From Candidatus Yonathbacteria bacterium (lineage in GTDB: Bacteria > Patescibacteriota > Minisyncoccia > Phycocordibacterales > JACNGX01): DNA of 64,000 nt. Both the position numbers and the translations under genes were made by a program. Positions 1 to 8,326 of this stretch are shown piece by piece; position 1 is the stretch's first letter; the number at the start of each line of letters is the position of its first letter. The notes under the pieces were generated by a model. That model saw nothing but the letters and a program-made list of their open reading frames with translations. It was not told the origin of the DNA and searched no databases. Location of the stretch: the NCBI GenBank assembly GCA_013334825.1, contig JAAXWR010000002.1, positions 155,009 to 219,008 of the forward strand. Reading direction: 5' to 3'.

Positions 1-13
1 CAAGCACGAAACA

Positions 14-109
14 TGCTGCGGCGTTCGAATCCCTCACGCGAGCCAAGCAGTTGGCTCGCTCCTCTCCGCATAAGAAAATCACTGCCCCAAAAAGGGCGGG
101 ATTTTCAAA
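14..109 (+). repeat. Ser-tRNA-3'-like structured element, copy 1 of 3. It reads CGTTCGAATCCCT, then a hairpin, then CTCTCCGC and AAYAAAAATC, then a second hairpin followed by GGATTTT.
   Basis: Direct visual alignment with copies at 3791-3886 and 35625-35714. The TTCGAATCCCT and CTCTCCGC blocks match the T-arm and acceptor of the tRNA-Ser(GGA) 3' end at 4974-4995. Confidence 0.6.
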
Positions 110-489
110 TGCGGTGTGTATTGGACGAAGTTCGAATGTATTTTGGACAAAATCCGCAGGATTTTGACGAATGACACTTGCACCTCGCACGCTCCCTTCG
201 GTCGCGATTCCAAAACTAAAAATTTTCCTTCCTTTATTTAAGATTTTCGGCGGGGGGTGTGTGGGGCCGATAAAAAGTGAAAGGAAATTTTTGGTTTTGC
301 TGCGCCGTTTCAGTCTCCGAAAAAAGCAATCTTATTTTAACATTTTTATTTGCTCTTTTCTCCATCTTCGCAGTGAGACGAGACACATTCAATTCGGTTG
401 CATTGGATCAAATCTTATTTTGCTTGCCATGCCTAGTGTGTGCATAATCCCGCTTCGCGAGATTACTCACTTAAAAATCTTATATCAAA

Positions 490-523
490 GAAAAAAGCGC
501 CGTACCCGAAGGTCGTGCGCTTG
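490..523 (-). terminator. Rho-independent terminator for the 565-1449 gene.
   Basis: On the minus strand the hairpin AAGCGCACGACC..GGTACGGCGCTT is followed by TTTTTTC. It sits about 40 nt past the stop codon. Confidence 0.55.
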
Positions 524-564
524 TATTGCCGAGACACGGAAATTGTCGATTAGACCAGAGCGAG

Positions 565-1449
565 TCAGAACCCTTCGAGGGTGGCCTGCGCGACACGCCG
601 ACCGAGATCTTCGTTTTTGAAGCGCTTTGCTCTTATCGAGGGTCTACCTGGGAAGAAACCGCCGCTCACCGAGAAGCCGTGAGCGACGCCGCTCCGAATC
701 GCGTCGAGAACTTCGTCCTGGGTCCAACTGTACAAACCGTTGACAGGATTCCGAATTTCCTCGGTGTGGCCGAGTAATTCGAAGAACTGCGCTTCTTCTT
801 TGATGTTGCCGAACGTGATCGGCTCGTTGTGGAAGAACTTCCAGACCGGGCCACGCTCGATGAGAACCATGTCGTCCTCGCTCGCCGACGTGTACCACCC
901 TGCGCCGAGCTCGCTCGAGATATTGTACGCGGGGTACTTGGTCCCGACCTGCGTTTGCTCAGTGAGATAGCGGTAGTCGATCCTGACGATTTGAAAAACA
1001 AAAACGTCGAGGTCGCGATTGGGTAGCATCTCGCCGTACATGTCCGTGACAGTGGAACGGTCACATGTGCGAACGAAGTCGCCCTCCCAAAACGGCGTCT
1101 CGGGAAGATTCCGAAGGAACTCCTTGCTACGCCAGTTGTCCGGCTGCTCCTGCTGGAGCTTGCGGAAGGCGGAGAGGCGACGCTCGTACTCGTCCTTGTT
1201 GGTGAGCTCGAGGCGGCCACTCGACTCGAAATACTCCTTGCCGTTCGGAAGCTGGACATTTACCCACGCACGGTTGATGTACACCCCCGGCTTGAAGCCG
1301 AAGTTGTCGAGTCGCCCGTAGTGAATCTCGGAGAAGCCGAGGATTGTGGCCTTTGTCCCGTCGGGACAAGGGTTGTAGCCACACTCCCGATTCTCCTGCG
1401 GAATTGTGATGATAACTTCGTCGCCGATTCTCGTTAATTCGTCGATCAT
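565..1449 (-). CDS. Hypothetical protein of 294 aa, encoded in a GC-rich segment.
   Basis: Long ORF with no recognised motif. Its GC content is visibly higher than the flanking DNA. Its upstream region is a 146-bp direct repeat that also lies upstream of the unrelated 2575-3450 gene. Confidence 0.6.
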   Translation of the reverse strand: MIDELTRIGDEVIITIPQENRECGYNPCPDGTKATILGFSEIHYGRLDNFGFKPGVYINRAWVNVQLPNGKEYFESSGRLELTNKDEYERRLSAFRKLQQEQPDNWRSKEFLRNLPETPFWEGDFVRTCDRSTVTDMYGEMLPNRDLDVFVFQIVRIDYRYLTEQTQVGTKYPAYNISSELGAGWYTSASEDDMVLIERGPVWKFFHNEPITFGNIKEEAQFFELLGHTEEIRNPVNGLYSWTQDEVLDAIRSGVAHGFSVSGGFFPGRPSIRAKRFKNEDLGRRVAQATLEGF

Positions 1450-1540
1450 GTTTGTCTCCTTTCATTTTTTTAGTTTGAAATGTGCGGTTGGCGCATCACA
1501 ATAGCCACCAAAATTCTGCGTTTAACCTAGCATATCTGAA

Positions 1541-1686
1541 CCATTCTGTCAAGAGCAAAACGGTTCTATTGAAGCTTTGATTTGAACTTATTTTGATATT
1601 GGTAGTTACGTAGCTTTTTTCGGATAAAACATACAGCAGTGCATGTTTTATTCTCTTACCCCTCTGCGTTCGAATCCCTTCCTCTC
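1541..1686 (+). repeat. 146-bp direct repeat, copy 1. The second copy is at 3538-3683 and differs at only about 2 positions.
   Basis: Near-identical strings read directly from the sequence. Both copies end in CCCTCTGCGTTCGAATCCCTTCCTCTC, which matches the tRNA-Ser(GGA) T-arm and acceptor. Each copy lies immediately upstream of a different minus-strand gene start. Confidence 0.9.
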
Positions 1687-1835
1687 TCGCAACATATAAA
1701 TCGCCGGGCGAATTCTCGCCCGGCTCATTATGTTGCGGTGAGGCTCGGTCTAGAACCCAGCCATCCCAAGCAGTGTAAGGCTTCTTTGGCGAGTTTGCGA
1801 CTCGACGATTTTTTTGGGAAGACGGCCGCGATTAG

Positions 1836-2150
1836 TTAGAGCAATTGCCACAAAAGAGCAATTCCCAAGATTATCCCCGGCATAATATAATCTGCAGTAA
1901 ATCTCACTTTGTGACGGTCAAACTGAAATCCAAGTTTTTCAAGCACGTGCGCATAAAATGTCATTTCACGCCTCTGGGATTTAAATTGCCACTTCGTAAG
2001 AATGCAATCACCCACAAGCAATAATTGGAGATAGTAAAGAATTATACCGATCAGAATAAGCTCCCAAGGAAGCCAAAACGGTGAACTCCAAACAGCAATA
2101 ATCAGTAGAAGATGTGTCCAGAAGAGTATGCCGAAATCTTTATCATACAT
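1836..2150 (-). CDS. Small hydrophobic membrane protein of 104 aa.
   Basis: The ORF has two or three predicted hydrophobic helices. No motif was recognised. Confidence 0.4.
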   Translation of the reverse strand: MYDKDFGILFWTHLLLIIAVWSSPFWLPWELILIGIILYYLQLLLVGDCILTKWQFKSQRREMTFYAHVLEKLGFQFDRHKVRFTADYIMPGIILGIALLWQLL

Positions 2151-2512
2151 ATGTTTATTGTAACATACTCAATATTCTTAGAGCATCGGTTGCGTAACAT
2201 CGTCTCACGTTCCTGCGGAGAGGGAGGGGACACTCACTGCTCGGACTTCGCTCGCGGGTAGCTCGCTCGTCCTGTACTCGCGAAACCCACGGTTTCGCGG
2301 GCATCCCTGCCTACCGGCAGGCAGGCTTCACGGGTAACCAGCGTCTCCTCACAGGAGCAGTACACCTTTTGGATGAATCGTTCGGACAAGTCCTCCAATT
2401 CATCTCAAAAGGTCTTGCGAAAGCTCCAAGTGTTCGCTTTCTCACCCCGACCCCCTCCGCGTTCGAATCCCTTCCTCTCCTTATTCACTTCGTTCACTGA
2501 TTGTGGTAACTC

Positions 2513-2554
2513 AATAAAAAAAGAGGGTGGAAAGTTTGGTAACTTCCCACCCTC
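2513..2554 (-). terminator. Rho-independent terminator of the lipoprotein gene.
   Basis: Minus-strand hairpin GAGGGTGG..CCACCCTC followed by TTTTTTTATT, immediately downstream of the stop at 2575. Confidence 0.65.
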
Positions 2555-2574
2555 AGTTGAGAGAGTTTGCGCTC

Positions 2575-3450
2575 TCACTTTGGAATGACGAACTGCTGGC
2601 CGTCGGCGGTTTTCACAAGTTGATAACCATTGTCTACCTTCGACCACTTCTTGGTCACCTTACCGCGAAGTTCCGACAAGCGACCTTTTACGATGAGCGA
2701 GCCAGTACTCAATTGCGCGTTCCAAGCATCGCTGGTCTTCTCATACACCTCGCGTGGAACTTCGAGCGTGATGTCGTGGGTGTTCGCCGCGTTGCGGATG
2801 TGCTTCGTGAGGTCGAGCGTGAACGTGGAGTTCTCGACCCGAATATTCACGAAGTATCGGTTGAGCGACTGGCGATCCACGAACTGGTATTCCGCAAGCG
2901 GCTTTTCCAGAACGTAGGTTCGCGCAACACCAGCAAACGGAACGGTAAGCAGTTGGCGACCGCTGGAACGCAACTGTTGCATCGCTTCGTCGTACTGCTC
3001 CTTGTTGATTTCGGTCTGCGTTCCATTTCTGTCCGCCCAGAAGTACTGGCTTTCGATCTTCTTCTCTGTGGGACGCACGACGTACTCGGCGATCTCGTCA
3101 TTGAAGACAAAACCCCAACCGTCGCCCTTACTCGAGACCTCCTGTCCGATCTCATACTCGTTGAAGGTTTTTTCATCGACGATAAGGGTGCGCGACTCGG
3201 CGGCCATCGCGTTCTTCGCATGAGCCCAAAGGTCGAGAGTGAATTGCTCCTTCTCGAATTTGAGAGTTACGAGGAACAACTTCTCTTCTCGAAGCTCGGT
3301 TGCATTCGCGAGAACCGCGACCACATCCGGTTTCGGATTTTCTGCCGGAGCCGCAGCAACTTGCCGCGACTGTTGATTCGGTTGCTGATCGCACCCCGCA
3401 AAGAACGCGAGGGCAACAATCAAGGTAAATAGGCTGGCTGACTTTCTCAA
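2575..3450 (-). CDS. Lipoprotein of about 291 aa with an internal duplication of roughly 140 aa.
   Basis: A TTG start at 3450 sits 6 nt downstream of AAGGAGA. The signal peptide is LRKSASLFTLIVALAFFAGC and ends in a lipobox. The FTLDL..H..NA motif occurs twice. Confidence 0.6.
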   Translation of the reverse strand: MRKSASLFTLIVALAFFAGCDQQPNQQSRQVAAAPAENPKPDVVAVLANATELREEKLFLVTLKFEKEQFTLDLWAHAKNAMAAESRTLIVDEKTFNEYEIGQEVSSKGDGWGFVFNDEIAEYVVRPTEKKIESQYFWADRNGTQTEINKEQYDEAMQQLRSSGRQLLTVPFAGVARTYVLEKPLAEYQFVDRQSLNRYFVNIRVENSTFTLDLTKHIRNAANTHDITLEVPREVYEKTSDAWNAQLSTGSLIVKGRLSELRGKVTKKWSKVDNGYQLVKTADGQQFVIPK

Positions 3451-3537
3451 TAGTTTCTCCTTATCTTTCGTTGTGAATGTGCGGTTTTTTGAGGCAAAAT
3501 AGCTCAATGAATCATGTGATATCTTAATATATGAAAA

Positions 3538-3683
3538 CCTTTCTGTCAAGAGCAAAACGGTTCTATTGAAGCTTTGATTTGAACTTATTTTGATATTGGT
3601 AGTTACGTAGCTTTTTTCGGATAAAACATACAGCAGTACATGTTTTATTCTCTTACCCCTCTGCGTTCGAATCCCTTCCTCTC
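3538..3683 (+). repeat. 146-bp direct repeat, copy 2. It pairs with 1541-1686.
   Basis: Direct alignment. It is followed at 3662-3725 by an inverted repeat CGAATCCCTTCCTCTCC..GGAGAGGAAGGGATTCG with a 17-bp stem. Confidence 0.9.
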
Positions 3684-3790
3684 CTTATTCACTTCGTTCA
3701 TTGCGGAGAGGAAGGGATTCGCTCCTTACAGGAGCAGTGCAGGTTTCCCATTTTTTCGGAGCATAGCTCCTCAAAAATATGGGAGAACCT

Positions 3791-3886
3791 TTTCGAATCC
3801 CTTCCCGCAGGCAAAGCAGCTTGCCTGCTCTCTCCGCTCAACAAAAATCGCACCCCTCAAAGGGTGCGGATTTTTGTACGAGCGGG
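3791..3886 (+). repeat. Ser-tRNA-3'-like structured element, copy 2 of 3.
   Basis: TTCGAATCCCTTCC, then hairpin GCAGGCAAAGCAGCTTGCCTGC, then CTCTCCGC and AACAAAAATC, then hairpin GCACCCCTCAAAGGGTGC, then GGATTTTTG. The blocks are collinear with 35625-35714. Confidence 0.7.
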
Positions 3887-4078
3887 AACGATATCCGCAA
3901 CTTTGAACCGGCAAATCGTTTAAGCTTTATCAGACTTGATAAGATTATACGAAATTTGCGACTAATATACAAAGAAAATCCTGCTTATTTTGATATTCCA
4001 CAATTCGCACAAAAGGTTTACTGAATTTACCGCTATAATCCGCTACAACCAGCTATATATAGCGTATCAGATAAAATT

Positions 4079-4873
4079 CTACTTTTTATCATAGACAGAT
4101 TCGAATTGAATATTTTGATCACTTATTCTAATAACTTCGCCACTTTTTATTGGAATCGAGTACTCTTGTGTCTGTGGATTAAAATTTTTCCCAGATAACG
4201 CTATTTTTGAGATAATCTTGCCAACCACCTTAGGATCACGGAGTTGATGCTCCATAATTTTTAATTCTGTCCGATGTTTTATATCGCCTACGCCGAAGAC
4301 CAGGACTTCTTGGTGCATCCTTGTATTAACAGACCCTGGACTTATCATAATGATTGTTACGTCTTGATTTTCTGGTTTACCGCTAAAATCTTTTAACCAT
4401 TGTTCCATACGTAATTTACCTTCTCTGTATGTTTCAATTCCACCACCAAGATCAGTATGGGCAGTATCTGAAGTTATGAAAACTATTCTGCCATGATTTT
4501 CCCTTAATGATTCAATTGCTGTCCGCGACAAAGCAATATTTGCAACCTCGTTTACCTTAAAGGCATATTCCTTGTCTTCCTTTAGACCAGTTACCCCTGC
4601 ATTTAATATTAGAACATCTATCCCACCCAATTCTGAAATACTCTCATCAATAAATTCTTGAGCATTATGTCTATCAGCCAAATCGACTTGTTTGGCATGT
4701 ATATCTGGATGAAGTTTTTTTATTTCTTTAATCTTACTTTCGGTACGAGCACAGATAGCGATTTCATGACCCTCGTCAAGTAAATCGTCAGCAATAGCTC
4801 TCCCAATGCCTTCTGTTCCACCAGTTAAGACAACCTTTTTTGTTTCAAACATATTTTGATTTAGTTTTTCCAT
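4079..4873 (-). CDS. Short-chain dehydrogenase/reductase (SDR) family oxidoreductase.
   Basis: N-terminal TGGTEGIGRAIA Rossmann motif, SDR-like overall layout and an ISPGSVNT region. The start was moved to the ATG at 4873 (MEKLNQ..). Confidence 0.8.
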   Translation of the reverse strand: MEKLNQNMFETKKVVLTGGTEGIGRAIADDLLDEGHEIAICARTESKIKEIKKLHPDIHAKQVDLADRHNAQEFIDESISELGGIDVLILNAGVTGLKEDKEYAFKVNEVANIALSRTAIESLRENHGRIVFITSDTAHTDLGGGIETYREGKLRMEQWLKDFSGKPENQDVTIIMISPGSVNTRMHQEVLVFGVGDIKHRTELKIMEHQLRDPKVVGKIISKIALSGKNFNPQTQEYSIPIKSGEVIRISDQNIQFESVYDKK

Positions 4874-4973
4874 TATAGTTCGAATCCCTTTAGAGTTCAG
4901 GCATTTTATCAAATTTCTGTTTTGAAAAGTAGCTTAAAACAAGGATATTTTAATGCACACTTTCCAAAACTTC

Positions 4974-5063
4974 TGGCGGAGAGGAAGGGATTCGAACCCT
5001 TGGTACCGTTACCGATACACCACCTTTCCAGGGTGGCCCATTCGACCGCTCTGGCACCTCTCC
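4974..5063 (-). tRNA. tRNA-Ser (anticodon GGA) with a long variable arm. CCA is encoded.
   Basis: Manual fold: acceptor GGAGAGG/CCTCTCC, anticodon loop CUGGAAA, T-loop TTCGAAT, discriminator G. Confidence 0.85.
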
Positions 5064-5244
5064 ATGTTGTTTTGAAATCCTTTTATACGAAAGGAATCCA
5101 GTGCGGACAGTTTAGCATATCTTTTTACATATCGGTAGTAGCAGATTGGATACCTCATTTCTATAGCGCAACTTTGCATAGTATACATGCATAGAGTACT
5201 ATATTTGATAATTACGAAACGAACAGTTTTGCCATTATTATCGT

Positions 5245-5955
5245 ATGATGCAACACCAAGGGATGTCATGGGAGCGTGAATATAGGAAACCAACACTTAT
5301 GACTGGGGATGCGAAGCCTCAGGCTGATGTGTTGCGATTTTTAAAGTTCTTGAAAAAGGAACGTCGATGCGTTGTTGAAGGTAAGCGAGTATTAGATCTT
5401 GGCTCAGGAACTGGGCGAAATTCAAACTATCTGGCAAGTCTGGGGAATGATGTGATTGGCATAGAGATTTCACCTACAGCGCTTCATAGTGCAAAACAGA
5501 ACAATACAGGCGATATGCATGTAGACTACATGCTGGGAGATATAGGTGCTCCGTATGCTCTCGATACCGAGTCCATTGATATTATTTTGGATGTTACATC
5601 TTCGAACTCACTCAATGAAAAAGGTAGAGAAGTATACTTACAAGAGACGAGTAGGGTATTAAAGACAGGAGGATATATGTTTGTGCGCGCTCTATGCAAA
5701 GATGGTAACGCCAATGTGAAAAATCTTCTCAAGATACATCCCGGAAAAGAGCGCGACACCTATTATCTAAAAGAAATGGATTTGTTTGAGAGAGTGTTTA
5801 GTCGTGAGGATATTACACATATGTATGCACCATATTTTACTATTCTCACCCTTGAAAAAAAGACAGGATATCCTCGTATGGCTGGGCGTTTATACAAACG
5901 AGATTATTGGATTATGTACCTACAAAAACGTCCGACTAGCGCTGATATTCATTGA
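5245..5955 (+). CDS. Class I SAM-dependent methyltransferase.
   Basis: VLDLGSGTGRNS glycine-rich SAM-binding motif I in a Rossmann-type layout. Confidence 0.75.
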   Translation: MMQHQGMSWEREYRKPTLMTGDAKPQADVLRFLKFLKKERRCVVEGKRVLDLGSGTGRNSNYLASLGNDVIGIEISPTALHSAKQNNTGDMHVDYMLGDIGAPYALDTESIDIILDVTSSNSLNEKGREVYLQETSRVLKTGGYMFVRALCKDGNANVKNLLKIHPGKERDTYYLKEMDLFERVFSREDITHMYAPYFTILTLEKKTGYPRMAGRLYKRDYWIMYLQKRPTSADIH

Positions 5956-6117
5956 ACCATAACATGTTTGATACAGTATGTGCATATATGTCTTCTGTGT
6001 TGTGTGTGTTTCATTGTATGTCTTGCACACAAAAATAGTCGCGCCTTTTCTAAAAGAAAAGGCGCGACTATTTTTGTGTGCAGTTGTTCATCTTTTATTT
6101 CCTTGTATACTGTTTAT

Positions 6118-7008
6118 ATGAATAAATCACTTATCATCACACTCGGTATTGTCGCGGGGATTTTACTTATTGTCGCCGTGGTAGGCTTCTATCGATTTAA
6201 TGTTACGAATGGGGGAGATAGTATTGATGGGGAACATACCAATGTTGCGCAGCTTTCTTGTGCTGACGGGACGACTGCTGTTGCCACGTATCATGCGCCG
6301 GATGCCAGTGGTATTATGCAAGAACTCTTATTCGTTGTTACAGACGCACGTGGTGTGGAGACAGAATATGACATGGTCCCCGCCATGTCGGGAAGTGGCG
6401 CAAAATTTGCCACACAGGATGAGTCATTTTCATTGTGGGAGCATCAGGATGAATTTGCATTTAGCCGAGCAGATGGGTCGTCTGTTGTATGTGTTCCAAT
6501 AGAGGATGTGCACACTTCTCAGGGAGATGGTGTAACTCCTGACATGCCGATTGTTGGTGGTGATAGTGATGAGCATGGATGTAAAGCATCGGCTGGATAT
6601 TCATGGTGTGAAGTAAAAGAGAAGTGCTTGCGTGTTTGGGAAGAGACATGTGCCCTAGAGACGGGCACGCCCGCTACGAGTCTCGTTGGCAAGACGTGGA
6701 TGTGGACGCATACAACGTATGCTGATGGTCATGTGGTCACTCCTCAAGCACTCAATCGTTTTGGACTGACATTTGGTACAGATGGACATGTATCTATTGC
6801 GACTGATTGTAATAGTATGGGTGGAGCGTATACCGTACGAGGAAGTACGATGACTTTTTCAGAGATGATATCTACACTTATGTATTGTGAGGGTTCGCAA
6901 GAAAGCGATTTTTCTGCCATGTTGGGACAGGTGGTAAGTTTTGCAATACAGAATGGTGAGCTTTCATTGTCGCTTCGTGGTAATACTGGCACAATGATAT
7001 TGAAGTAA
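6118..7008 (+). CDS. Membrane-anchored protein with an MliC-like domain followed by a META/HslJ-like domain.
   Basis: The start was reset to MNKSLIITLGIVAGILLIVAVV, a single transmembrane anchor. SGSGAKF..C..W..C resembles an MliC lysozyme inhibitor, and DCNSMGGAYTV..MYC resembles META/HslJ. The domain assignment is from memory. Confidence 0.55.
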   Translation: MNKSLIITLGIVAGILLIVAVVGFYRFNVTNGGDSIDGEHTNVAQLSCADGTTAVATYHAPDASGIMQELLFVVTDARGVETEYDMVPAMSGSGAKFATQDESFSLWEHQDEFAFSRADGSSVVCVPIEDVHTSQGDGVTPDMPIVGGDSDEHGCKASAGYSWCEVKEKCLRVWEETCALETGTPATSLVGKTWMWTHTTYADGHVVTPQALNRFGLTFGTDGHVSIATDCNSMGGAYTVRGSTMTFSEMISTLMYCEGSQESDFSAMLGQVVSFAIQNGELSLSLRGNTGTMILK

Positions 7009-7018
7009 AAAAAGATAC

Positions 7019-7045
7019 GCCGCGCCCGAAGGGCGCGGCTTTTCT
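7019..7045 (+). terminator. Rho-independent terminator.
   Basis: Hairpin GCCGCGCCCGAAGGGCGCGGC followed by TTTTCT, immediately after the stop at 7008. Confidence 0.7.
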
Positions 7046-7355
7046 GGTGTTCAGTTCCTGCCCCTTTTGTCCCAAAAGAGGGACATGAGGTGGGCGAGCG
7101 GTTTGGTATCGCCCAAGGAGCAAATATTTTTTACGATGGTTTTTGCCATCGTCTCATATGCCCCGCCAGGGCCGAAGAGAAAAAGGAATGACTGTTCCAT
7201 AGCGGTACTATTTTTTGTTTCAGAGTATGCTGTTTTTATTAGAGCATATTTTTATAAAAAAGTACATACATTTGGAGGTGTTCGCGTCGTTCTCTTTTTA
7301 TCTGTGGTACATAACAAAAACCGCCTTACTCTTTTGAGGGAGAAGGCAGGTGGGA

Positions 7356-7634
7356 TTATTTTGAAAATCTTATTCTATCTTCACGAGTTGCGTAAGGACT
7401 TGCGACCCGTGAGGGTTTTGTGCAAGGGCAATCTACATGGCACGGTGCGTCATTGTTTGCTTCTTTGCAAGAGCATACATGTACATGCGGAGGGTTGAGA
7501 AGCGTTATATAGTGCTCCGCATGTTCCTTATCAAATCCAGGAATAGCGAGCATGCGCTCCCTGATATGAGTTATGAGTGTTGTCATCGTTTTTATTGGTA
7601 TGATGTTTTGTTGCTGCTGATGCCTTTGTATCAT
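7356..7634 (-). CDS. Hypothetical Cys-rich small protein of 92 aa. Low confidence.
   Basis: The ORF contains CSCKEANNDAPCHVDCPC. A TTGACT sits about 20 nt upstream and there is no Shine-Dalgarno. It is the only sizeable ORF in the gene-poor interval 7050-7700. Confidence 0.25.
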   Translation of the reverse strand: MIQRHQQQQNIIPIKTMTTLITHIRERMLAIPGFDKEHAEHYITLLNPPHVHVCSCKEANNDAPCHVDCPCTKPSRVASPYATREDRIRFSK

Positions 7635-7710
7635 ACCCTTGCAAAAAAGTCAATAGTATGGTATATATACGGTCGGGTTGGTTTCTTTCTTTCTTTTCAT
7701 TTTAATTTTT

Positions 7711-7845
7711 ATGTTTATGGAAAAACCTTCGTCTTCTGGTGCTGCCGCACTCGCGGCGGCCATAGTTGTCGGATTTTGGTCACTGGCATTTGGCGCCGTG
7801 ATCTTCAAAAAAAGTCCGGAGTTTGACGAAAGGAGGGCGTACTGA
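7711..7845 (+). CDS. Tiny predicted single-transmembrane protein of 44 aa, absent from the ORF track because it is under 60 aa.
   Basis: Translates to MFMEKPSSSGAAALAAAIVVGFWSLAFGAVIFKKSPEFDERRAY. Its stop overlaps the next ATG in the sequence TGATG. Confidence 0.2.
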   Translation: MFMEKPSSSGAAALAAAIVVGFWSLAFGAVIFKKSPEFDERRAY

Positions 7846-8006
7846 TGAAAAAGGTCGCACTCTTTTCGGGCATCGGCATGCTCTTTGCCGTGACGATTGG
7901 CATGATTGCCATTCGCGCGGGAAAGAAAAATACAACGAGAGGCATCGTCTCTCGTATGCCGGGGTTTCCGTTTGGGAAACGTCCCGGTCTGCCGATGAGC
8001 TATTGA
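7845..8006 (+). CDS. Tiny predicted single-transmembrane protein of 53 aa, absent from the ORF track because it is under 60 aa.
   Basis: Translates to MKKVALFSGIGMLFAVTIGMIAIRAGKKNTTRGIVSRMPGFPFGKRPGLPMSY. A strong Shine-Dalgarno AAGGAGGG sits 8 nt upstream. Confidence 0.35.
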   Translation: MKKVALFSGIGMLFAVTIGMIAIRAGKKNTTRGIVSRMPGFPFGKRPGLPMSY

Positions 8007-8100
8007 AAACACCTCGCTCCACCAAGGGCGAGTTTTTGTTTCCTGCGTATTTGATGAGAGGGTAATCATTCTTAATGATGAAAAATATTTTTATAGTGTA

Positions 8101-8220
8101 AAGTTTATCGTTTATAGCTTTCGTCTCCATATTTCATATTTCTATTTTCTTATTTCATCGTCTATCGTTTATAGTTTTCGTCTTCATATTTCATACTTCT
8201 TAATTCGCCTTTCGTATTCT
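8101..8220 (+). repeat. Tandem repeat of about 60 bp, two copies (TATCGTTTATAGYTTTCGTCTYCATATTTCATAYTTCT..), inside a CT-rich motif block.
   Basis: Read directly. Related CGTTTATAGTTTTCGTCTTCATATTTC strings occur at 39680-39706, and in reverse complement near 48300-48345. Confidence 0.7.
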
Positions 8221-8326
8221 TGCTTCATGCTTCGTGATTCGTGCTTCGAGTATCCGTCCCTATAACCCATCTCCTCTAACTCCTTTCCTACACGAATGCG
8301 TATTTTCTGTTATACTTTCTTGTATT

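Noticed and set aside
171-620. Six-frame ORF 171-620 (149 aa), and similar ORFs overlapping the first repeat copy
   Set aside because: The composition is odd (R/K/L-rich, no start context). It overlaps the Ser-like structured repeat and the terminator of the 565-1449 gene. It is most likely non-coding.
644-1259. Alternative-frame ORFs (84, 197 and 76 aa) inside the 565-1449 gene
   Set aside because: They are S/R/A-rich translations typical of off-frame reading through GC-rich coding DNA. The 294-aa frame is the coherent one.
7650-8130. Minus-strand ORFs 7650-8069 and 7780-8130
   Set aside because: They overlap the tandem-repeat and CT-motif block and the Shine-Dalgarno-supported micro-ORFs on the plus strand. 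Their translations are low-complexity.
8234-8326. Upstream ATG start at 8234 for the M16 peptidase (and similar N-terminal extensions for nrdJ 11083, lepA 18476, valS 29888, frr 57908, trxB 43922, hpf 49618)
   Set aside because: The extensions run through CT-rich motif blocks or repeat modules and encode low-complexity hydrophobic or odd sequence. The internal ATGs restore canonical family N-termini.
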